From: an uncultured virus (IMG/VR IMGVR_UViG_2811995274_000001)
Lineage: Duplodnaviria > Heunggongvirae > Uroviricota > Caudoviricetes
Strand: one strand, 5' to 3'
DNA: 43,906 nucleotides
Virus record (IMG/VR): IMGVR_UViG_2811995274_000001
The position numbers and the translations under genes were made by a program. Below, one piece after another: positions 10,228 to 18,384 of this stretch. The notes beneath the pieces were generated by a model that saw only the letters and a list, made by a program, of their open reading frames with translations, was not told where the DNA came from and did not search any database. Within the stretch, counting starts at the first letter, position 1. The number at the start of each line of letters is the position of its first letter.

Positions 10228-12198
10228 ATGATAAATAAATTAATAGATTTAAATTTTGCTCCAGGAATTAAGGCTAAAGATATAAATTATAATTTTGATT
10301 TAATTCATGATTGGATAACAAAAGAACGTTTAAGAATTGGTGGATATGGATTAGTAGAAGGATTTGATTTATCTGCTAATTTAAAAGATTTTAGTATAAC
10401 AGTTTCTGAAGGGATACTAATAAATCAAGACGGTGAAGAAGTTATTATTCCTGAACAAACTTTTACTGTAGGGCCTCCAGAATATACTGTAGAAACAGAA
10501 GAAATAATTTGTCCAGCAAGTGGCATAATTACATTAAAATATAGACCATATTCAGAAGAAACATATGGATATATAGAATATATTCCGCCAAATACAGGTA
10601 ATCAACCACAAGAAACCGATATATCTGCTAATGAAAAAACAACTGGAATGAGAGTTCCAATTATGCAACTTATAGGAAACAAAATATATATAAATGCCAA
10701 TTCATGGGAAAATAAAACAATTAAAGTAACTTATAAAAGAACTCAGAACAGAATAGATTCTTTAATGTTGTATAAAAATGGAGAATATGAATACGAAAAA
10801 AGTATACCGTCAACATCTCCATCTCATGTTGATTTAGGAGATTATATTAATTATTTTTGTGTAGGAATAATATATTGGAATATAGATACTAAAATTACAG
10901 TAGATTTTTTCATTAATCATAGAAGTTATAGAAAAGTATATGTAGATAAAAATAATAATTTATACTTAAATGGTGAATTATATAAAAAACCTAAATTTAT
11001 TTATTTTGAAGAACCTGAGAATCCAGAAAAAAATGATTTATGGTATGATAGTGAAACTAATACAATATATATATGGAAAGAAACTGATGGAGATTTTGGT
11101 TGGGTAGCTATAAATGATTTTTCTACATTAGCCTTAAGAGATAAAAAAATATGGACCATAGAAGATTTTCCAGAAGATGCACAAACATTTATGTTTAATG
11201 ATGATGAAACAAATTTATTTTATGTGCCAGATACTAGCGCATTAGAAATCATTATTGATAACGTTCCTTTAATGAGTGATCAATTTGATGAAATTATCAT
11301 AAAAAGCGATAAAGATTATTTAAGTAATGGTAGAGGATTTAGATTAAAAGATCCATTAGATCGTCCTACTTATGTAGAATGTATAGTTCATCATTGTGTT
11401 CGCAATAAACCAGTAAAAGAAACATTTCAACGAGCAGCTATTTTTATAGATGAAAATTACATATATTATAGTCCAGAAAATATAAATCATATTTTTCAAA
11501 CTGATATGGCTTATGTGATAGGAGAAGATCAATTAGAAGTTTTTGTAAACGGATTAAGATTAAATAAAGATATTGATTTTATAGAAATGATATCAGAAAC
11601 AATAGAAGCAACAGAATCTGATAGAAAAAAAATGACTACATATTTTAAAATCAAGCCAAACATAACATTAAATAGTGGAGACATAATTACATATAAAATT
11701 AGTAAACATGTTTGGAGTTATGATCATCTAGATATGATGATGCATGAAATAGAAGATAAAGCTGATCAAGCTATATCTGATTGTGCTCAATTGAAAGAAG
11801 ATTTAAGTGAATTGAATGATAACGTATATAATCAATTAGAATCTATTAAAGATAATATACAGGATCATATTAATTCAGTTGGAAATTTAGATGATTATTT
11901 AAAAACTGATTCAATTTTAACTGAATCTAATTTACCAGAAACTGTTAAAAATAAAATGATTTCTGGACAACAATATGATCTTTTTCCTTCTACTGATACA
12001 ATAATTTTATCTAACACAAAAATAACAGATTTTATAATTGTTACTTATATAAGTGAACGAATGAATCGTAATTTAATAAAAGATACTGAATATTCTTTAA
12101 CACAAATAGATAACGATATACGTGTTGATATCAGCGGAGACTTAATGGCAAGTGATGCTAATATATACATACAAATATTAAAAGTGGGTGAACATTAA
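10228..12198 (+). CDS. Putative baseplate-to-fibre attachment/tail protein (656 aa)
   Basis: Strong SD AAGGAGG; GLVEGFDL...ITVSEGILINQDG, EPENPEKNDLWYD and YVIGEDQLEVFVNGLRL motifs typical of tail proteins; coiled-coil-like segment near the C-terminus. Confidence 0.55.
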   Translation: MINKLIDLNFAPGIKAKDINYNFDLIHDWITKERLRIGGYGLVEGFDLSANLKDFSITVSEGILINQDGEEVIIPEQTFTVGPPEYTVETEEIICPASGIITLKYRPYSEETYGYIEYIPPNTGNQPQETDISANEKTTGMRVPIMQLIGNKIYINANSWENKTIKVTYKRTQNRIDSLMLYKNGEYEYEKSIPSTSPSHVDLGDYINYFCVGIIYWNIDTKITVDFFINHRSYRKVYVDKNNNLYLNGELYKKPKFIYFEEPENPEKNDLWYDSETNTIYIWKETDGDFGWVAINDFSTLALRDKKIWTIEDFPEDAQTFMFNDDETNLFYVPDTSALEIIIDNVPLMSDQFDEIIIKSDKDYLSNGRGFRLKDPLDRPTYVECIVHHCVRNKPVKETFQRAAIFIDENYIYYSPENINHIFQTDMAYVIGEDQLEVFVNGLRLNKDIDFIEMISETIEATESDRKKMTTYFKIKPNITLNSGDIITYKISKHVWSYDHLDMMMHEIEDKADQAISDCAQLKEDLSELNDNVYNQLESIKDNIQDHINSVGNLDDYLKTDSILTESNLPETVKNKMISGQQYDLFPSTDTIILSNTKITDFIIVTYISERMNRNLIKDTEYSLTQIDNDIRVDISGDLMASDANIYIQILKVGEH

Positions 12199-12647
12199 TG
12201 AATGATCCTATAATTACATGGTATGCTAAATTAGATAATGATACAGAATTTAACAAAACAAATGAAATTTATGCTGGATCTTATACTAAAGAGAATAGTA
12301 TAAACGTCAACATGCAAATATGGAATAATCGTTGGGGTACAGAAGACGTACAACCTTTAAATAATTTTAATATAAATATTTATTTTGATAAAGAAGAAGA
12401 CTTCATTTTATTAGATTACTGTACTGTTGTATTAAATAAGACAGAAATATTAACTATTAATAAAACTGATAAAATAGGAGTACTAACATTCGATCAGATA
12501 GAATTAAGTGGTGTTTTAAATGATGGTACTATAGAAAATAATCCAAATAATTATATTTCTCTAGATTTTATTTTTAAAGCTCCTAATAATACAAGATTGA
12601 AAGTAAACGATTTAAAAACTCTATTTTTTGAAATAATTCCTCTATAA
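12198..12647 (+). CDS. Hypothetical phage structural protein (149 aa)
   Basis: TAATG stop/start overlap with the upstream gene; QIWNNRWG motif. Confidence 0.55.
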   Translation: MNDPIITWYAKLDNDTEFNKTNEIYAGSYTKENSINVNMQIWNNRWGTEDVQPLNNFNINIYFDKEEDFILLDYCTVVLNKTEILTINKTDKIGVLTFDQIELSGVLNDGTIENNPNNYISLDFIFKAPNNTRLKVNDLKTLFFEIIPL

Positions 12648-12650
12648 AAC

Positions 12651-12670
12651 TATATTGTAAGGGTAATATG
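12651..12670 (+). promoter_or_regulatory. Candidate phage late-promoter motif (GTAATA)
   Basis: GTAATA at 12663-12668; the same hexamer recurs in intergenic gaps at 13685, 16733, 29557 and 31362, each shortly upstream of an SD. Confidence 0.35.
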
Positions 12671-12711
12671 TATATGTAAATTAACAATAATAAAAGGAGT
12701 TTTATATTATT

Positions 12712-13485
12712 ATGGACAAACAAACTGTAACTCGTTTTATTGTGGATCAAAAAAATAGTGAATCTGCTCCTAATAAAACGATAGACCACACAAAGCCTAG
12801 CCTAAATCTAGGTACATTAAAGTATTCTACAAAAAAGAAACTCACTGATAGTGAAAATGTAGGTACATTAGTATTTACTACAGATACTGGAGAATTTTAT
12901 GTAGGAAGAGGATACGATTCTTTCATAAAGAAAATATCTGATATTTTTGTAGGTAATAAAAGTGATTTTCCTGCTGTTGGTACTGTAGACAAATTATATT
13001 GTGCTATCGATGAAAAAATGCTCTATTATTGGAACAAAACTAATTATTATAGATTTGCAACATTAGATGTTCAATTATATCAAGACGTTTTTGAAATCAA
13101 TGAAGAAGAGCAAAATCAATTTTATTTAACTAAAACACCATTGGATAATATAATGTCTATGTCTATTAATGGATTAACATATTTTGTTCCGGATTTTACA
13201 TATGATAAATTAACTAATAGTGTAATTTGGAATAAAGATGCAGAAAATAGCTTTTCTATTACAAATAGTAAAGTAGTAGTAGAATACATGATTCTTAAAG
13301 AATCAAATAATATTATTGTAGATAATGATATTAATAATTCAGATAATACTATTATTAATTATGCTTCTAATACTGTTTCTAAAAAACTTAACAAACTAAA
13401 AATAAGTAATAATAAAAATAATTTTAGTATTACTTATGACGGTAATGAAATTTTGACATCTAAAATAAAAAAAGGAGTGAAATGA
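12712..13485 (+). CDS. Tail-fibre-associated protein
   Basis: SD AAGGAG; GTLVFTTDTGEFYVGRG and SDFPAVGTVDKLY fibre motifs; the domain FYLTKTP...MSINGLTY resembles the C-terminus of 29599..31287. Confidence 0.6.
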   Translation: MDKQTVTRFIVDQKNSESAPNKTIDHTKPSLNLGTLKYSTKKKLTDSENVGTLVFTTDTGEFYVGRGYDSFIKKISDIFVGNKSDFPAVGTVDKLYCAIDEKMLYYWNKTNYYRFATLDVQLYQDVFEINEEEQNQFYLTKTPLDNIMSMSINGLTYFVPDFTYDKLTNSVIWNKDAENSFSITNSKVVVEYMILKESNNIIVDNDINNSDNTIINYASNTVSKKLNKLKISNNKNNFSITYDGNEILTSKIKKGVK

Positions 13486-13486
13486 T

Positions 13487-13669
13487 TTGTTTAAACCTGA
13501 TTTTTCCCAAATAAAAAACGGGGCAGATATCTCTAAAGCTCTAGAATCTAATTTTATTGAAAATAATTTAGATGGTAAATGGAAATTTGTAGTGAACGAA
13601 GATGGAGATCTAGTATTAAAATATGGAGATAAAATAATTGGTGTTCCATGGAAAAAACCAACTGAATAA
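13487..13669 (+). CDS. Small fibre-associated protein (60 aa)
   Basis: TTG start with AAGGAGTG SD; C-terminus DGKWKFVVNEDGDLVLKYGDK is similar to NGQWKVTVEDGCLVIKYGNK at the end of the next gene. Confidence 0.6.
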   Translation: MFKPDFSQIKNGADISKALESNFIENNLDGKWKFVVNEDGDLVLKYGDKIIGVPWKKPTE

Positions 13670-13737
13670 CGATATTTGTATTAAGTAATATACATATTAG
13701 GTTAACCAAAAAAATAAAAAAGAAAGGCATGATTTAA

Positions 13738-14643
13738 ATGGCAGAAAAGTCAAAAGTTGCAACACTTGCAGCAGGTCCTAAAACATTTTTAGGTACTTCT
13801 AACTTTGGTAATACTAACGTTAATGGTACTTTAAATGTTACAGGAAAATTAACAATACAGCAGGAAGGCACTATAGGTGCAGAAAGTAAAGATGCTGTAA
13901 CAGGAAAACAAATACATAATTTAAAAACTGAACTAGAAAGTTCTATTGCTTCTGCTGGATCTAATGCTACAGAACAAATAGAAGCAGCTAAAACAGAACT
14001 AACAGAAAAAATTACAGGTGTAGAATCAGCTTATAAAAAAGCAGATACTGCTCTAGATGGTAAAATTTCTGCACTTTCTTCTACTTTAGAAGGTAAACAA
14101 ATTAATGTTACTGGAGATTCTGGAGACGGTTATACAGTAACTGGTGCTAATGGTGGATTAAGATTTGTTGGTGGTTCCAATATTAATACTACTGTTGCTA
14201 ATAATGGCGATATTACTATTGCACTTGAAGATAATGTTACAGTCTCTGGTTTAACTATTAATGGTAATTTAAATGTTACTGGTACTACTACTACAGTCAA
14301 CTCTCAGGATTTAGTAATTAAAGATAATATGATTACTTTAAATTCTGGTGATGAAGGCGAAGGCGTTACTAAAGGTATTGCTGGTATTGAAATTAATCGT
14401 GGTAGTGAAGCTAAATATCAAATCATTTTCGATGAAAGTAGTGATAAATTAAAAGCTGGTGTAGAAGGCGAAACTAAAGCTTTAGCAACAGAAGAATTTG
14501 TTACAGAAGCTGTATCTAATGCTACAGCAGCAGGAGCTGAACAGTTGGTAAATGGACAGTGGAAAGTAACTGTTGAAGATGGCTGTTTAGTTATTAAATA
14601 TGGAAATAAACTCTTAGCTTCTTGGGATGCGCCTGTAGAATAA
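13738..14643 (+). CDS. Fibre/adhesin-like virion protein with YadA-stalk-like motif and AGIEIxRG module
   Basis: GTIGAESKDAVTGKQI followed by a coiled coil; IKDNMITLN...AGIEINRG...YQIIFDE module shared with three other genes in the window. Confidence 0.65.
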   Translation: MAEKSKVATLAAGPKTFLGTSNFGNTNVNGTLNVTGKLTIQQEGTIGAESKDAVTGKQIHNLKTELESSIASAGSNATEQIEAAKTELTEKITGVESAYKKADTALDGKISALSSTLEGKQINVTGDSGDGYTVTGANGGLRFVGGSNINTTVANNGDITIALEDNVTVSGLTINGNLNVTGTTTTVNSQDLVIKDNMITLNSGDEGEGVTKGIAGIEINRGSEAKYQIIFDESSDKLKAGVEGETKALATEEFVTEAVSNATAAGAEQLVNGQWKVTVEDGCLVIKYGNKLLASWDAPVE

Positions 14644-14670
14644 TAAATACATAATAACGTACTTAATAAA

Positions 14671-14698
14671 AGGGAGTTTAGCGTAATCTAAACTCCCT
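14671..14698. terminator. Stem-loop, probable intrinsic terminator
   Basis: AGGGAGTTTAG-cgtaat-CTAAACTCCCT, 11-bp perfect stem 27 nt after the stop of 13738..14643; the U-tract on the + strand is weak. Confidence 0.65.
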
Positions 14699-14726
14699 AA
14701 AATTTTATATTAAAGGAGAGATATAT

Positions 14727-14921
14727 GTGACTATTTATTCCTTACATAAATTATCAGAATTAGATATAAAGAAAATAAAAGATATTTTTAAACAATCAAA
14801 ATGCCCTCAAGAAAGTTTAAAATTTACATTTAAAAACTTTACAAAATTAACTACTAACAATGTAATCATATTTGATAATGTTAACGTTAATAATCCTAAT
14901 GTTTATATAACTAAAATATAA
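14727..14921 (+). CDS. Hypothetical protein (64 aa)
   Basis: GTG start with AAGGAGA SD; fills the intergenic space. Confidence 0.5.
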   Translation: MTIYSLHKLSELDIKKIKDIFKQSKCPQESLKFTFKNFTKLTTNNVIIFDNVNVNNPNVYITKI

Positions 14922-14943
14922 AAATAAAAGAAAGGATTTTATT

Positions 14944-16599
14944 ATGGCTACAAAAGGAAAAATAAAAATATATGAGGATAATAATTATAATGATTTTTAT
15001 CCTTTAACTGTATCAAGTCAAGTTGTTGATTTAAAAACAAATGTAGTTAATATTATTAAAGAAACTTTAAATTTTAGAAAAGCAAATACTTCTTATAATT
15101 TAAATGATAAAGTTATACTTAATAAAGATTTTATAGGAATATATTTAATTTGTGTAAAACAAGGAACAACAGCAAAAACAGATTTATCTTATTTAACAGA
15201 TGATGTTGAAGATAATGAAATTATAATAGATGGAACTGTTAAATGGAAAGTACATAGAAGCGCAGGAATTAATAGTTTTAAAACTACAGCATTTCTTGAT
15301 TCTGCTCAAAATTGGAAAATTAATAATCCTATTTTAGAGAAAGGTCAGATAGCACTTGAAGAAGATACTGGCTTTGTAAAAATAGGAGATGGTGTAAATA
15401 CATGGAATTTTTTATCTTATATAAAAGATTCTAAATTAGATACTAAACTAGATAAAAATGGAACTGCTCAAAAAGCTATAAAAGATGAATTAAATAATAA
15501 AATAGACGAAACCTATATAAAGAAAATATCTGTAGATGGATCTACGTTAACTTTTACAAAAGGTAATAATATATCTAATTCTATAACTTTACAAAATGGT
15601 TCATATTCATTAGCTACTCAAACAAATGATGGATTAATGTCTAAAGAAGATAAAATTAAATTAGATAATGTTAATTTAAATAGCGAAGAAAATCAAAATA
15701 CTTTTTCTAATATTTCTGTGGGAGCTACAATTATTAGCGCAGATAAAAAAACAGATACATTAACTCTTAAGTCTGGACAAAATATAAATCTAAGCGCAAA
15801 TAATTCAGACGATAGTATAACTATAGCTTTTACTGGAACAGTAGAAAATGCTAATAATGCTATAAAATCTAAACAAGATTATTTAGGACAAAATATACAT
15901 GAAACTTATATTAAAAATATTCAAGGAAATAATAATAAATTAACAATCGTTAAAGGTAATGATGCAAGTTCTATTATAAACATAGATAATGTTCCAAATG
16001 CTATAAAAGCAACTCAAGATAGTAGAGGACAAAAAATAGACACTACATATATAAAAAATATATCTGTTTCAGACAATACTTTGACTATATATAAAGGAGA
16101 CGGTTCAGCTACTAATTTAGATATAATTAGTTTTAATCAAATATATCCAGTAGGAGCTATATATATGTCTACTATATCTACAAATCCTGCTACATTATTT
16201 AAAGTAGGAAATTGGGAAGCATTGCCTGCTGGACGTGTATTATTGGCTCAAGGAACTTCGACTTGGGGAGTTAATTATTCTGCTGGTAGTACTGGAGGAG
16301 AAAATAAACACACATTAACAATAAATGAATTAGCTTCTCATAATCATACAGGAAGCGCAACTACTTCTGGTAGTACTCATACTCATGCTTTAACTATGCA
16401 GGCTTCTCATGGTAAATCAGGAAATGGTGGCGTTCCTAGATTTTCAGATGGAGATATTTGGTCAGGCTATAAAACACAAAATTTATCTGCTGCTGGAGAA
16501 CATAGTCATGCTATTACTATTAATAATTCTGGTGGCGGACAAGCTCACAATAATATGCAACCATATTTATCCGTTTATATGTGGAAAAGAATAAGTTAA
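14944..16599 (+). CDS. Tail fibre protein (Mtd-N/hyaluronidase-N-like segment, internal repeats, gp10-C/collar-like tip)
   Basis: WKINNPILEKGQIALEEDTGFVKIGDGVNTWNFLSY; three [Q/K]D..xxxI.xTYIK.I...LT..KG repeats; C-terminal IYPVGAIYMS...GRVLL...GSTGGE..HTLT.NEL.SHNH...AHNNMQPYLSVYMWKR. Confidence 0.85.
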   Translation: MATKGKIKIYEDNNYNDFYPLTVSSQVVDLKTNVVNIIKETLNFRKANTSYNLNDKVILNKDFIGIYLICVKQGTTAKTDLSYLTDDVEDNEIIIDGTVKWKVHRSAGINSFKTTAFLDSAQNWKINNPILEKGQIALEEDTGFVKIGDGVNTWNFLSYIKDSKLDTKLDKNGTAQKAIKDELNNKIDETYIKKISVDGSTLTFTKGNNISNSITLQNGSYSLATQTNDGLMSKEDKIKLDNVNLNSEENQNTFSNISVGATIISADKKTDTLTLKSGQNINLSANNSDDSITIAFTGTVENANNAIKSKQDYLGQNIHETYIKNIQGNNNKLTIVKGNDASSIINIDNVPNAIKATQDSRGQKIDTTYIKNISVSDNTLTIYKGDGSATNLDIISFNQIYPVGAIYMSTISTNPATLFKVGNWEALPAGRVLLAQGTSTWGVNYSAGSTGGENKHTLTINELASHNHTGSATTSGSTHTHALTMQASHGKSGNGGVPRFSDGDIWSGYKTQNLSAAGEHSHAITINNSGGGQAHNNMQPYLSVYMWKRIS

Positions 16600-16647
16600 T
16601 ACATAAAAAGACTAGTATAAGTGTATACTAGTCTTTTTATGTATTAA
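16596..16647. terminator. Bidirectional intrinsic terminator
   Basis: 24-bp perfect inverted repeat TTAATACATAAAAAGACTAGTATA-agtg-TATACTAGTCTTTTTATGTATTAA. Confidence 0.85.
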
Positions 16648-16779
16648 TTATATATTATTTTAATTACATGCTATTATATCTATGTTATATGCATAAAATC
16701 CTTTATTAATATTAATTTATATACTTTTATGAGTAATAATTTTAATAGAATATATAAAACAATAGAGGTGATATGTTGT

Positions 16780-17118
16780 ATGAGTAATATAAACAGTACT
16801 ACAAATATGTATACTAATTTAAATATTAATGGTAACAATGCAAAATTAAATGTAGATGAATTATCTATTAAAGACAATATTGTTACTATTAACGCAGGAG
16901 AATCTTCTAATAAAATAAGTAAAAATAAAGCTGGTGTTGAAATAGATCGAGGATCTGGCGACAAATATCAAATTATTTATAACGAAGAAGATTCTAAATT
17001 AAAAATAGGATTAGAAAGTAATCTAGAGAATGTTGCAACTGAATCATATGTTAATAGTTGTATAAAAAATGATTTATTTGAATTAGATGATAATGGGGAT
17101 ATTATGCCTAAATATTAA
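16780..17118 (+). CDS. Short fibre-module protein (stand-alone AGVEIDRG module, 112 aa)
   Basis: Start moved to ATG 16780 behind SD GAGGTG (16765-16770); paralogous to modules in 13738, 25272 and 25985. Confidence 0.7.
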   Translation: MSNINSTTNMYTNLNINGNNAKLNVDELSIKDNIVTINAGESSNKISKNKAGVEIDRGSGDKYQIIYNEEDSKLKIGLESNLENVATESYVNSCIKNDLFELDDNGDIMPKY

Positions 17119-17140
17119 TGTAAGCATTAGTAAACAGAAT

Positions 17141-17188
17141 ATAATAATAACTTCTTTTATCAAAAAAAATAAAAGAAGTTATTATTAT
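17141..17188. terminator. Inverted repeat between convergent genes, probable terminator
   Basis: ATAATAATAACTTCTTTTAT-caaaaaaa-ATAAAAGAAGTTATTATTAT, 20-bp perfect stem. Confidence 0.75.
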
Positions 17189-17742
17189 CAATATTCTATT
17201 TGTTGTACATAATCTAGCCATTTAAAATCAGGGCTTGTATATCTATCTTTTTCTTTACGTAGCGTTATAGCTTTTAAATAAACACCATCTAAAGAAAAAA
17301 TTTCTAAAGATACTTCTTTCAAAAAGTGATATTCATAATCTTTTAAAATATCTTTTAAAGTGGTTTCGTCTTTTTTTCTAGCATTAGAACGCACAAATTT
17401 ATTTCTTTTATTTTTGTTTAGTTGACCTATAAAAATAGAACACTTTTCGCCACTTAAAATAGATATTTCACGTGCTATTAACTCAGAATGGTATTTATAT
17501 AATACATCATTATTATTGTTATATTTCTGTAGTTGCTGTAATGCTTCTATAGAAAAATAACCATTTGCAAAATTAAAAATATATTTTTTAATATCATTAT
17601 TAAATACTATCAGTAATTGTTTTTTACCGAATGTTACTTCATATAGTTCTAAAACATTATATTTAAAGCATTCTTCAATACTGCTAATATTTTCTATGCA
17701 GTTATTTTCTTTAGTTAGTATAGTAAATTTTATGTTAATCAT
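17188..17742 (-). CDS. Hypothetical protein (184 aa), second gene of the antisense cassette
   Basis: Start overlaps the stop of the upstream HTH gene by 8 nt; ends at the inverted repeat; no recognisable motif. Confidence 0.7.
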   Translation of the reverse strand: MINIKFTILTKENNCIENISSIEECFKYNVLELYEVTFGKKQLLIVFNNDIKKYIFNFANGYFSIEALQQLQKYNNNNDVLYKYHSELIAREISILSGEKCSIFIGQLNKNKRNKFVRSNARKKDETTLKDILKDYEYHFLKEVSLEIFSLDGVYLKAITLRKEKDRYTSPDFKWLDYVQQIEY

Positions 17743-18241
17743 TTATTATTTTCCTTTCGTTTAATCTAACTCTTAATTTGCATTCTTTTATCTGTTTTTC
17801 AGTTAAGGCTTTTTTATAGGTTTCTATTATCTCAATACTTTTAATATCACTATATTTAAGTATTTCATCATTTAAAAGTAGATCAGTCGCTTCTAAATCG
17901 TTTGTTTTAACTATAAAAATAGTGTATCCATTTAAATTATCGCCATTCGCTATTTTTACTATATGCAAAAGATTATCCAATTCTTCTTTAGATGTGTATA
18001 GTCTAACAAGTTTTATATTTGATTTTAAATTTAAAGCTATACCCCAAAAATTATTTAAGATAGAATAAGTTTCTTTTTCTGCAAATAAATTATCTAATAA
18101 TGCCAACATAGATGGTCTAGGATTTTTAAAACCCTGTTCCCACGCTTGTATAGTTTTTACAGATACAGCTAATTTATCTGCAAGTTGTTTTCTAGTCCAG
18201 CCCTTTTTAGTTCTAAGGTTTTTTAATTCTTCAATATTCAT
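17735..18241 (-). CDS. XRE-family helix-turn-helix regulator with C-terminal extension
   Basis: LKNLRTKKGWTRKQLADKLAVSVKTIQAWEQGFKNP is a canonical HTH_3/XRE motif; SD GAGGGG on the - strand. Confidence 0.9.
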   Translation of the reverse strand: MNIEELKNLRTKKGWTRKQLADKLAVSVKTIQAWEQGFKNPRPSMLALLDNLFAEKETYSILNNFWGIALNLKSNIKLVRLYTSKEELDNLLHIVKIANGDNLNGYTIFIVKTNDLEATDLLLNDEILKYSDIKSIEIIETYKKALTEKQIKECKLRVRLNERKIIND

Positions 18242-18266
18242 TTTTTTAGTTCCCCTCTTTTTATCT

Positions 18267-18289
18267 TAAGTGCTACTTAGTAGCACTTA
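18267..18289. promoter_or_regulatory. Palindromic operator O1 (TGCTAC-N3-GTAGCA)
   Basis: TAAGTGCTACT-T-AGTAGCACTTA has perfect 11-bp arms and lies just downstream of the cassette's -10 element. Confidence 0.8.
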
Positions 18290-18296
18290 CACTTAC

Positions 18297-18325
18297 ATTA
18301 TATGCTACCTAGTAGCACTAGTCAA
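18297..18325 (-). promoter_or_regulatory. Sigma-A/70 promoter TTGACT-N17-TATAAT with second operator O2 in the spacer
   Basis: The + strand reads attata (18297-18302), tgctacctagtagcact (17-nt spacer containing TGCTAC-cta-GTAGCA), agtcaa (18320-18325). Confidence 0.85.
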
Positions 18326-18384
18326 TAAAAATTTTAATAGAATTATAAGATTTACAAATGTTTAATAAGAAAGGAGAAATATTT

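Noticed and set aside
16409..16594. 61-aa alternative-frame ORF inside the fibre gene
   Set aside because: Nested in the conserved C-terminal domain of 14944..16599; no independent support.
18267..18319. Two palindromic repeats as a mini CRISPR array
   Set aside because: Only two short copies, positioned exactly on a promoter; no cas genes. An operator explanation is simpler.
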